Shown: piece after piece, positions 34,363 to 42,385 of the stretch
Layout of the letters: every line of letters starts with the position of its first letter
Position numbering within the stretch: the stretch's first letter is position 1
Assembly (NCBI GenBank): GCA_019752125.1
Contig: JAIEMM010000002.1
Coordinates: 3,062-67,061, forward strand
Origin: Patescibacteria group bacterium
Lineage (GTDB): Bacteria > Patescibacteriota > Minisyncoccia > Phycocordibacterales > SBAW01
Length of the DNA stretch: 64,000 nt
Reading direction: 5' to 3'
Translations under genes and position numbers: made by a program
Notes under the pieces: model-generated
What the model saw: only the letters and a program-made list of their open reading frames with translations
Told to the model about the DNA's origin: nothing
Database searches by the model: none

Positions 34363-36333
34363 ATGCCTCCCGAACGACGTGTTTCGCCTAGTCAGGCGGA
34401 GAAAAAGACCATTTCAGGAATTGTGCAGGTAACCCGCAAAGGTGTGGGCTATATGCCCATATCTGCTGACGCTCCTAAGAAGAAATCTTCGGACGATATC
34501 GAGATATTTCCTGAAAAACTTAACGGTGCACTGAACGGCGACCACGTTGAAGTTGAACTACTTTCCGTCTTCCCCCGCCCTCGCGGCCGCGTTAAGAAAA
34601 TCGTACAGCGCGCGAAAACTCGTTTCGTATGCACCCTTCGAGTCGTCACAGGAAAACATGTTGCCGTCGCAGACGACATGCGCTTCCCTAAGCCCATCGA
34701 AATCGTAAATTCAAAAGAAGACAAGGAAGGCACGAAAGTTTTAGTCGAACTCACTTCATTCGATGGGGAGAAGGCTGTGGGTAAAATCGTAGAAGTGATA
34801 GGCGCTGCAGGAGAACATCGTGTCGAGATGAACGCCATCGTTCTTGAACACGGGTTTGAAACTCAGTTCCCTCCTGAAGTATTAGCGCAGGCACAGGATA
34901 TAGAAAAGAATCACGCAAAGATAATTGCAGGCGAAGCCGGGAAGCGCACAGACTTCCGCAACAAACTTACATTCACCATCGACCCTGTTGATGCAAAAGA
35001 CTTCGACGATGCACTTTCCATTGAACAAATCGATGCAGATACATACGAGATAGGCGTACATATTGCAGATGCATCATATTTCGTGCGTCCAGGCACAGCA
35101 CTCGACGACGAGGCTATAAAGCGCGGCACGAGCGTCTACTTGGTTGACGCGACTATTCCTATGCTTCCGCACGAGCTCTCTGGAAATGTATGCAGCTTGA
35201 AGGCAGATGAAGACAGACTCGCCTTCTCAGCAATCTTCAATATCACTACAAAAGGAGAAGTTCTTAGCCGCCGTTTTGAGAAAACTATCATTCGTTCCAA
35301 CAAGCGTTTTACCTACGAGCAAGCCCAGGAAATTTTGGACGGAAAAGTGTCTGCTCCAGAATATGCACCAGCTTTGAATACTCTCTGGTCTATCGCGCAG
35401 ATTCTCCGCAAAGAAAAAACTAACCGAGGCGCAATAGACTTTGGCGACAATGAGGTTCGCTTTACACTTGATGAGAACGGCACCCCTATTGGCGTTGTGC
35501 GCAAAGAGCGCATCGATACAAACCTTTTGATCGAAGAATTCATGCTTTTAGCAAACCGTGAAGTCGCAAAGTATGTCTCAAAACTTGCTGAGAAAAATCC
35601 TGAACATGGTTTCGTATTTTTGTACCGCATCCACGACGACCCTAAGCCCGACCGCATCGATGAACTCGCAACCTTCGTTCGCGCTATTGGATATGACTTT
35701 GGTCAAAATAAAAAGAAGCCAACAGCAAAAGATATTGCGAAGTTGTTGAAAGACATCGAGGGCACGCCTGAAGAACATCTTATCCGCACAGCAACGCTGC
35801 GCAGTATGGCGAAGGCAATTTACTCGACGCGCAACATCGGCCACTTCGGATTAGCGTTCGACTACTACACACACTTTACCTCTCCTATCCGCCGCTACCC
35901 GGACGTGCTTGTACACCGCATACTGGCATCCCACCTCGACGGGCACCCTATAACACGCAAAGAATATATATCTCTTGAAAAGATGTGCATTGCTGCGAGC
36001 GAACGCGAAGCGAAAGCGGTCTCTGCTGAACGCGACTCTATCCGCTACAAACAAGTTGAATATTTGAGCGCACGCATCGGACAGGAATTTGATGCAATAG
36101 TTTCCGGCGTCACAGACTGGGGTATGTACGTGGAAGATAAAGAAACTGCATCGGAAGGTCTCGTACGTATGCGCTCACTTGAAGGAGATTTCTTTGAACA
36201 TCGTCCAAAAGAATATGCGGTTGTTGGCCAGCGCACACAAAAAAAATACGCGCTCGGAGATTCCGTGCGCGTAAAACTTGTGGCTGCCGACTTAGCGGCT
36301 AGGACTGCGGACTTTGAGCTGGTCAGCGCCTGA
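34363..36333 (+). CDS. rnr: ribonuclease R / exoribonuclease II family
   Basis: RNB catalytic motifs (FTIDPVDAKDFDDALS, HFGLAFDYYTHFTSPIRRYPD) and C-terminal S1 domain. Confidence 0.85.
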   Translation: MPPERRVSPSQAEKKTISGIVQVTRKGVGYMPISADAPKKKSSDDIEIFPEKLNGALNGDHVEVELLSVFPRPRGRVKKIVQRAKTRFVCTLRVVTGKHVAVADDMRFPKPIEIVNSKEDKEGTKVLVELTSFDGEKAVGKIVEVIGAAGEHRVEMNAIVLEHGFETQFPPEVLAQAQDIEKNHAKIIAGEAGKRTDFRNKLTFTIDPVDAKDFDDALSIEQIDADTYEIGVHIADASYFVRPGTALDDEAIKRGTSVYLVDATIPMLPHELSGNVCSLKADEDRLAFSAIFNITTKGEVLSRRFEKTIIRSNKRFTYEQAQEILDGKVSAPEYAPALNTLWSIAQILRKEKTNRGAIDFGDNEVRFTLDENGTPIGVVRKERIDTNLLIEEFMLLANREVAKYVSKLAEKNPEHGFVFLYRIHDDPKPDRIDELATFVRAIGYDFGQNKKKPTAKDIAKLLKDIEGTPEEHLIRTATLRSMAKAIYSTRNIGHFGLAFDYYTHFTSPIRRYPDVLVHRILASHLDGHPITRKEYISLEKMCIAASEREAKAVSAERDSIRYKQVEYLSARIGQEFDAIVSGVTDWGMYVEDKETASEGLVRMRSLEGDFFEHRPKEYAVVGQRTQKKYALGDSVRVKLVAADLAARTADFELVSA

Positions 36334-36574
36334 TATCGTAACTCAGGCTGCCGCCATTGGTCGATGGGTCGCGAGAGATAAACCGATGTGGCTCGTGTGA
36401 AAGCTTGCACGATGCATAGAACACCGGCATCTTTGCCTCGGTCGGCAACTGACTTATGGCGCCGAATTCTCGGACACCGTTGATTCCGTGCCCTTGGCAG
36501 ATAACCCTACCATCTTGTTGCGAGAGGAGAAAAGCTCCGTCCGGGGTGTAGACTTCGACAATTCTAGCTTTCAT
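36323..36574 (-). CDS. small hypothetical protein downstream of smc
   Basis: 83 aa; SD aagggag 7 nt upstream of the ATG. The 3' end overlaps the convergent rnr gene. Confidence 0.3.
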   Translation of the reverse strand: MKARIVEVYTPDGAFLLSQQDGRVICQGHGINGVREFGAISQLPTEAKMPVFYASCKLSHEPHRFISRDPSTNGGSLSYDIRR

Positions 36575-36623
36575 TCGGAACGCTCCCTTGTGAACTCCTG
36601 AGTCCGACTATACACCCGATTTT

Positions 36624-38825
36624 TTATTTTGCTACTGCGAGAGCTTCTTCAAATTTGACGGAGAGAAGTTTAGAAACTCCGTCAGAGCCCATAGTGATGC
36701 CATAGAGAACGCCAGCGCGGGACATAGTTTCTCGGTTGTGGGTGATCAAAATAAGCTGAGATTTTTCTGCCAAGCTCTCGATCATGTCGCCATAGCGGCG
36801 TGAGTTTGCTTCGTCGAGCGCAGCTTCTGTTTCATCAAGAATAAGGAATGGCGGCGGGTTTACCTGCGACATTGCAAAGATAAGTGCGATAGATGTAAGC
36901 GCGCGTTCACCACCTGAAAGCATGTGGAGGCCTTTGATGCGCTTGTGTGGAAGCGAAATACTAATTTCAACCCCAGCTTCAACCTCTTCTTGTTCCTCAT
37001 CTTCTTCATTACCTGAAGTTTCTCTCACCAACTGGAGCGCCGCAGTACCACCCCCAAACATAAGTTTGAAGAAACGGTCGAATTCCGTATTTATTTTATT
37101 CACACCTTCTTCAAAACGCACCTGCAGAGTTTGTGTAAGTTCAACAATCAACTGATTCAACGACTCTGTTGAAGCCTCTAAATCCATAAGTTCACGTGCC
37201 AAAAACGCATCTCGGTCTGAAGTTTCCTGGTGCTCTTTGAGCACCTCTGAAGAATTGCCCGCGCCAAGCTCTTCGAGTCGGATTTTCATTCGCTCTAGTT
37301 TTCGTCTACGTTCTTCCTGAACCATGCGTGGTTCATCAGCTACAGCCGCATCCGACAAAAACTCTCCCGCTTCATCACGCAGTACATGTTCTGCGTATGC
37401 ACCAACTTCACGCCCGAGCAACATGGCAGCGTCACCCACCTCACGTTTAAATTGCTCTGTATCACGGCCAAGAATTTCTTCACGGGCGCGTAAGCGAGCC
37501 AGGGTTGTTTCCAATTCACTTCGGCGTGCCATCGCAGAAAAGAGTTCGCGCTCAGCTTCACGATTTGCATCTTTTTCATTCTCAATTTTTGAACGCAGTT
37601 CTTTTACCGCCACCTCAATACGCTCTTGTTCTGCGCGCAACACACTGAGCTCGTGTTCAAGCTGTTGCTTGCGATTCTTAAGATCTTCAAGCGAAAGCCC
37701 TGGCGCCTCTTCTTTGTGTTGAATACGGTTTAAAAATTCTTTTGCAAATGAAACAAGAGCCAAGAGACGCTGCTTGACCTGCTCGCCATCAAGAGAAAGT
37801 AAGTCCCCGAGCCCGCGCTCTATATGCTCTGCAAATTCACGTACCTGTATGCCTGGCACAGAATCCTGCACCGTCTTTGCGATACGCTCATGGGCCTGCA
37901 TCTCACCCTCAAGACGCCCAATGTCACGCACCAAAGACGCTTCATGGGCTGCAACTTTACGTCCCGCACTTTCAAGTTCCATCAATTCGGACGCACCGCT
38001 GTCTCCTTGCTTCTTTGCGACTTCGCTACGGAGATGTGAGATTAGGGTTTCAAGTTTTGTGTATTCTGCTACCGGTGGTTCTTTTTCTTCTGCAAGCATT
38101 CCGCCCGCAACGGTTAGGTATACATGTTCACGTTTAAAATATTCGAGATATTGCTCTACCGTATCGTGACGTAGTTTTTCTGACTGTTCGATCTTCTTTA
38201 CCTGATTCTGTAAAAAGCGTAAGTGTGGCGCAAGTTCACGACGTAGACTTTCTACCTCTCGCATGTTTTCCGCAGTCTTTTCTAACTTTTTCTCTGCCTC
38301 TTCTTTTTTATACAAATACGCAGTAAGACCGAGTGCGTCTTCAAGCATCTCGCGACGTTCACGCGACGTTGATGAAAGAATGCGGTCTGCTTCGCCCTGC
38401 GAAATAATATGGTGGCCGGACGCGCCAATATTTGCCTGGCTCAAAAGTTCTGAAATGTCACGCAGACGTACCTGGCTGCCGTTAAGCAAATAGTCGTTGC
38501 CGCCATCGCGATGCACAACACGCTCAAGTGTTACTTCATCAAAATCTACATTGAGCGCTCTGTCTGTGTTATCAAACGTGAGTTTAACCGATGCACGACC
38601 GCCACGAGGTACCGCGGCCGAGCCGTTCCAAATCATGTCTTCGCCGCGCTTGCCACGCATAGACTTCATCGACTGCTCGCCGAGCACAAAACGGAAGGAT
38701 TCTGCAATATTACTTTTGCCTGAACCATTAGGACCGACAATAGCCGTAATCGCAGAGGCAAATTGCAACTCCGTTTTTCGTGCAAACGACTTAAACCCCG
38801 CCAGTTCTATCGACTTCAACCGCAT
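36624..38825 (-). CDS. smc: SMC-family chromosome segregation ATPase (short, 733 aa)
   Basis: N-terminal Walker A head FKSFA...VGPNGSGKSNI...FVLGEQS, C-terminal signature LSGGERALTSIAL and Walker B LILDETEAALD. The coiled-coil middle is much shorter than canonical SMC. Confidence 0.75.
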   Translation of the reverse strand: MRLKSIELAGFKSFARKTELQFASAITAIVGPNGSGKSNIAESFRFVLGEQSMKSMRGKRGEDMIWNGSAAVPRGGRASVKLTFDNTDRALNVDFDEVTLERVVHRDGGNDYLLNGSQVRLRDISELLSQANIGASGHHIISQGEADRILSSTSRERREMLEDALGLTAYLYKKEEAEKKLEKTAENMREVESLRRELAPHLRFLQNQVKKIEQSEKLRHDTVEQYLEYFKREHVYLTVAGGMLAEEKEPPVAEYTKLETLISHLRSEVAKKQGDSGASELMELESAGRKVAAHEASLVRDIGRLEGEMQAHERIAKTVQDSVPGIQVREFAEHIERGLGDLLSLDGEQVKQRLLALVSFAKEFLNRIQHKEEAPGLSLEDLKNRKQQLEHELSVLRAEQERIEVAVKELRSKIENEKDANREAERELFSAMARRSELETTLARLRAREEILGRDTEQFKREVGDAAMLLGREVGAYAEHVLRDEAGEFLSDAAVADEPRMVQEERRRKLERMKIRLEELGAGNSSEVLKEHQETSDRDAFLARELMDLEASTESLNQLIVELTQTLQVRFEEGVNKINTEFDRFFKLMFGGGTAALQLVRETSGNEEDEEQEEVEAGVEISISLPHKRIKGLHMLSGGERALTSIALIFAMSQVNPPPFLILDETEAALDEANSRRYGDMIESLAEKSQLILITHNRETMSRAGVLYGITMGSDGVSKLLSVKFEEALAVAK

Positions 38826-38892
38826 TGGTTCTTATTGTAGCAAATAAATAAAGCTTTTCTCGCCACCAGTACAACTGGCACATATCGTTACT

Positions 38893-38918
38893 AAACAGTC
38901 CCATATATGGGACTGTTT
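38893..38918. repeat. AGTCCCATATATGGGACT-family perfect palindrome (26 nt) abutting the stop codon of the TrpR-like gene
   Basis: aaacagtcccatat|atgggactgttt. Lies between the smc start and the TrpR-like gene end. Confidence 0.7.
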
Positions 38919-39376
38919 TATTTCTTCGGTTTACGTTTAGTTGGTGGATATATTGGCAACGACTCACCTTTCGGAGCTGGAAGAAATAAGTAATACAAAG
39001 GATATTTTTTCTTCAATCTATATGCCAAACTCGTTGCATATAAACGCTTTTGTGTTCTCTTTTTTAACTCCTTTTCAATTCCAGTAATTACGTGCTCATA
39101 GCCAAATATCTGGTCGTCGAGCCATCTTTGAACTCGACTTACAGTTGTTTTCCCGACACGCATTCGTCTTTGAATTGCATCGTATGATTCTCCAGCAAGA
39201 AGAAGCCGAGCGATAATAATGCGTCTTCCAAGCATAATTCGTTCGCTCTGAGTTAAAAGTTCTTTTAGAAAGAGTTTTGTCACTTCCCTTCCTTTCAACA
39301 CACTCGTAGCCGTATACAATGTATCGAGTGTGACTATGATTTCCTGTTTTGTAAGATCGTCAATTTTTCGTTTCAT
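38918..39376 (-). CDS. TrpR-like YerC/YecD family DNA-binding protein
   Basis: KELLTQSERIMLGRRIIIARLLLAGESYDAIQRRMRVGKTTVSRVQRWL matches the Trp-repressor-like HTH (YerC/YecD). Basic C-terminal tail. The gene is bracketed by the same palindrome on both sides. Confidence 0.6.
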   Translation of the reverse strand: MKRKIDDLTKQEIIVTLDTLYTATSVLKGREVTKLFLKELLTQSERIMLGRRIIIARLLLAGESYDAIQRRMRVGKTTVSRVQRWLDDQIFGYEHVITGIEKELKKRTQKRLYATSLAYRLKKKYPLYYLFLPAPKGESLPIYPPTKRKPKK

Positions 39377-39377
39377 A

Positions 39378-39397
39378 CAGTCCCATATATGGGACTG
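39378..39397. repeat. AGTCCCATATATGGGACT-family perfect palindrome (20 nt) ending 1 nt before the TrpR-like gene start codon
   Basis: cagtcccata|tatgggactg immediately 5' of ATG (39376). Candidate autoregulatory operator or mobile palindromic element. Confidence 0.65.
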
Positions 39398-39523
39398 ATT
39401 GTACGCAGAAGGTGATGTGGGAGTTTTAAAGTAGTTGTAAGTTATTTCTGAACTAACAGATTACATTTACAGCAAAAGAAAAGGGCCGCAGTCTTGGCGT
39501 GTACTGCGGACCTAACGGGGATT

Positions 39524-39805
39524 CTACCCCTTCCACCCAAGCTGGGTCAGATTCCTGATCAAAGTGCCAGTAGGGGCGCACCGAACTTCAGGGCCGAAGA
39601 ACTCGAATGTACCGCCAGGGCGCTCGTCCGTATAGAGGACCTTGAACCGTCCGTCTTTCTGAACGAGCTCGATGGCAATCCAGCTGCCGCGCACATCCCA
39701 CTTCACATAGTAGCGATTGCCTTGGAACGGGCCCGTCCGGAAGCAACGCCCCGGCTCGATTTCATCGAAACTTTTAGTTTCCGGCTTCTTTACAGCCACT
39801 GCCAT
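39524..39805 (-). CDS. 93-aa GC-rich ORFan protein
   Basis: About 60% GC. SD aaaaggag 8 nt upstream of the ATG. Minus-strand terminator hairpin ggccgcagt...actgcggcc plus T-run at about 39478-39520. Confidence 0.4.
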   Translation of the reverse strand: MAVAVKKPETKSFDEIEPGRCFRTGPFQGNRYYVKWDVRGSWIAIELVQKDGRFKVLYTDERPGGTFEFFGPEVRCAPTGTLIRNLTQLGWKG

Positions 39806-39844
39806 GACAGTCTCCTTTTTGTGCTCGTCGAGATTACCGTACCA

Positions 39845-40537
39845 TTACCAACCCTTAGCGTCGAGGGCGGCGCGAGCTGCAGCTTGTTCCGCATCTTGTT
39901 TAGAACGGCCTTCGCCTTGAGCCAGCATTGCACTGCTTGCGTATACCCCAACAAGGAAGTGTTTATCGTGGTCTGGGCCAGTCTCTTTTATGACAGAGTA
40001 GTGTGGTGTCATTCCTTCATGCTCCTGCACTTTTTCTTGAAGCGTTGATTTTGCATCCTGCCATAGACGGTCTTTGATGATTATGTCCATCTTTGGGAAT
40101 ACGTGGTCGGTGATGAATTTTTTCGCTGCATCATACCCAAGGTCCAAATAAATGGCACCGACAACCGCCTCGAATGCATTTGCCAACAATATTTGTCGTG
40201 CACGACCAGTATCTTTTGCCTCTCCTTTTGAAAGCAAGAGATAGTCGTTCATCCCAATAGAGGCGGCAATATCTGAAAGCGTCACAGCATTTACCAGTGC
40301 CGCGCGATATGCAGTGAGGTCACCTTCGTGTTTGTCCGGATATGTCGTATAGAGAAAATGCGTTGACACAAGTTCAAGCACGGCGTCGCCTAAAAACTCG
40401 AGACGCTCATTGTGCCCCAAGTCATACCCTCGGTGTTCGTTTAAATACGAACGATGTGTAAAAGCCTGCCGGAGCAGATTTGCGTCATTAAATGTAAAAC
40501 CTATCTTTTCTTCGAATGACTGAAAGTCTTTGTCCAT
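39845..40537 (-). CDS. rnc: ribonuclease III
   Basis: RNase III signature ERLEFLGDAVLEL and C-terminal dsRBD. Confidence 0.85.
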   Translation of the reverse strand: MDKDFQSFEEKIGFTFNDANLLRQAFTHRSYLNEHRGYDLGHNERLEFLGDAVLELVSTHFLYTTYPDKHEGDLTAYRAALVNAVTLSDIAASIGMNDYLLLSKGEAKDTGRARQILLANAFEAVVGAIYLDLGYDAAKKFITDHVFPKMDIIIKDRLWQDAKSTLQEKVQEHEGMTPHYSVIKETGPDHDKHFLVGVYASSAMLAQGEGRSKQDAEQAAARAALDAKGW

Positions 40538-40546
40538 GTGTCTGTC

Positions 40547-41461
40547 TTATTTTTTTACTTGGTTTTGGATGGCTTGCAGCGCCTTCGTTATGAGGGGCAA
40601 CATATCATCATAAAAGTTCAGCTCGAGCGCATCCTGCATACGGAACCATCGAGCGTCGTCGAGGCCGCCAGTCTGTTTGAGCGATATCTCTCCGTACGGT
40701 GCTTCTGCAAGAAAGTATGTAACATGCTTGCGCTTCTTACCAGTCTTTGGGTCTGAGGCAACGTATTCGTTCTCGCCCACTTTTTCAATAAGCTTGATAT
40801 CAAGCCCCATCTCTTCTTTTATTTCGCGAATGGTTCCCTCTTCAACAGTTTCGTTGGCAAACTCGGGCTTATCGCCTATTTTGCCCTTAGAGAGAGTCCA
40901 GTGGCCAAATATATCGTGCACAAGCGCAAGATATATATCTCCTTGGTGTCGTCCAAATACGATAGCGCCACCTAGATGCTGAACGGGTAGTTCTGCATAC
41001 GGCACATCTTTTTTCTTTTTTGAAACTTCATCCTTACCCGGCTCGCCCAACTCTTTATAAACGGCACCGAGCACACCGTTGACAAACCTGCCGCTGTTTT
41101 CACCACCGAAGTTCTTTGCAAGTTCAATTGCTTCGTTGATAGCGACTTTTGCTGGCACCTTTTCACGGTCAGCAAATAAAAGTTCGTATAGACCTAGACG
41201 GAGTACGTTTCTGTCTACAAGTGCTATACGGTCGAGCGGCCATTCAGGGGCAGCTTTTTCAATCACTAAATCTAAATCGGCGCGGCGGTCTATAACACCC
41301 TGAAACAACTCCTCCATAAATGGAAGGTCGCCGGCGCCTGATGCAAATTCGCCTGCGTTTCTTTCAAGTGCCCCATCAAGAGCCTCTTTATTAGAATCAC
41401 GGAAATCCCATTCAAAGAGAGTTTGGAGGACGACTGATCGTGATAGATGTCTATTTGCCAT
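40547..41461 (-). CDS. nusB: NusB antitermination factor fused to a C-terminal Nudix hydrolase domain
   Basis: The N-terminal ~140 aa are NusB-like (MANRHLSRSVVLQTLFEWDF ...). The C-terminal ~150 aa carry a Nudix box GKIGDKPEFANETVEEGTIREIKEEMGL (Gx5Ex7REUxEExGU). Confidence 0.7.
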   Translation of the reverse strand: MANRHLSRSVVLQTLFEWDFRDSNKEALDGALERNAGEFASGAGDLPFMEELFQGVIDRRADLDLVIEKAAPEWPLDRIALVDRNVLRLGLYELLFADREKVPAKVAINEAIELAKNFGGENSGRFVNGVLGAVYKELGEPGKDEVSKKKKDVPYAELPVQHLGGAIVFGRHQGDIYLALVHDIFGHWTLSKGKIGDKPEFANETVEEGTIREIKEEMGLDIKLIEKVGENEYVASDPKTGKKRKHVTYFLAEAPYGEISLKQTGGLDDARWFRMQDALELNFYDDMLPLITKALQAIQNQVKK

Positions 41462-41536
41462 ATGTCTTCGCCAGCTGGCGAAAAAGAACTAACAAACCCG
41501 AACCGCCCAGAGATAGAACCAAGAGCCAGCCTAGAA

Positions 41537-41761
41537 TTACTTGCTTGCCTCGCTCTTGCTTCCAGCCTTTGCTGCCTTGCGTTTTGCCTTAGCGGCAACG
41601 TCGATGACAACACGTCCACGGTAGCGACCGCACTGTGCACATGCGCGGTGCGATACGCGAACAGCTCCACACTCGCATTTAGCGAGCGTCTTAGCTACAA
41701 GCGCATGGTGCGAACGGCGGTTTGCCGTGTGCGCGCGCGTATGTCTCATTCGGACTACCAT
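41537..41761 (-). CDS. rpmF: 50S ribosomal protein L32 with Lys/Ala-rich C-terminal tail
   Basis: MRHTRAHTANRRSHHAL plus a CxC...CxxC zinc ribbon (CECG...CAQCG). Exact start (M at 41761 or 41749) is uncertain. Confidence 0.75.
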   Translation of the reverse strand: MVVRMRHTRAHTANRRSHHALVAKTLAKCECGAVRVSHRACAQCGRYRGRVVIDVAAKAKRKAAKAGSKSEASK

Positions 41762-41783
41762 GCCGCTACCATACCAAATAAGG

Positions 41784-42383
41784 TCAAAAATGACAATACG
41801 TCCTTCTGTGTACTTCGGAGATTCCAACGCGCGCGATGATATCCCGATGTCTCTTCGTCCCGTAGCCTTTATGGATTTCGAATCCGTATTCTGGGTACTG
41901 TTTGCCCAACCTGCACATCAAACGATCTCTCGAAACTTTTGCAACAATGGAGGCTAGTGAAATAATTGGCTCTGTCGCGTCGCCTCTAATAATGGTTTGT
42001 TGACTATATTCTTCTGGCGCAGAAAGTAATCCATCGAGTAGCACGTGGACGCCTTTTGGTTTTGGAGCAAGAGAACGGACGCCGCTAAAAATTCCCTTTC
42101 TTACAACTTTAGTAATACCGATGTCATCGATCATCGTATGTGATCCGAAGCGCACGCAAAAATTTATAGTTCCTGCTTTCTTTAACTCAACAGCAATTTC
42201 ATACAACTCCTCCCTTTTCTTTTCAGTAAGTTGCTTTGAATCGTTGATTCCAGGGAAGGCTTTTTTGATATTAAAACCAACAGGGACTGAGACAATTCCT
42301 ACAGAAACTGGCCCCGCCAATGGCCCCCTGCCCGCTTCATCCACCCCAACAAGAATCTTTTTCACCTCTAGAGTATAATCCAA
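41784..42383 (-). CDS. rnhB: ribonuclease HII
   Basis: ILVGVDEAGRGPLAGPV catalytic N-terminus. Confidence 0.85.
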   Translation of the reverse strand: MDYTLEVKKILVGVDEAGRGPLAGPVSVGIVSVPVGFNIKKAFPGINDSKQLTEKKREELYEIAVELKKAGTINFCVRFGSHTMIDDIGITKVVRKGIFSGVRSLAPKPKGVHVLLDGLLSAPEEYSQQTIIRGDATEPIISLASIVAKVSRDRLMCRLGKQYPEYGFEIHKGYGTKRHRDIIARVGISEVHRRTYCHF

Positions 42384-42385
42384 AC

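Noticed and set aside
36323-36574. Convergent overlap of the 83-aa ORF with the rnr 3' end as evidence that the small ORF is spurious
   Set aside because: The overlap is only 11 nt, and the ORF has a good SD (aagggag) directly after the smc stop. Kept as a low-confidence CDS rather than discarded.
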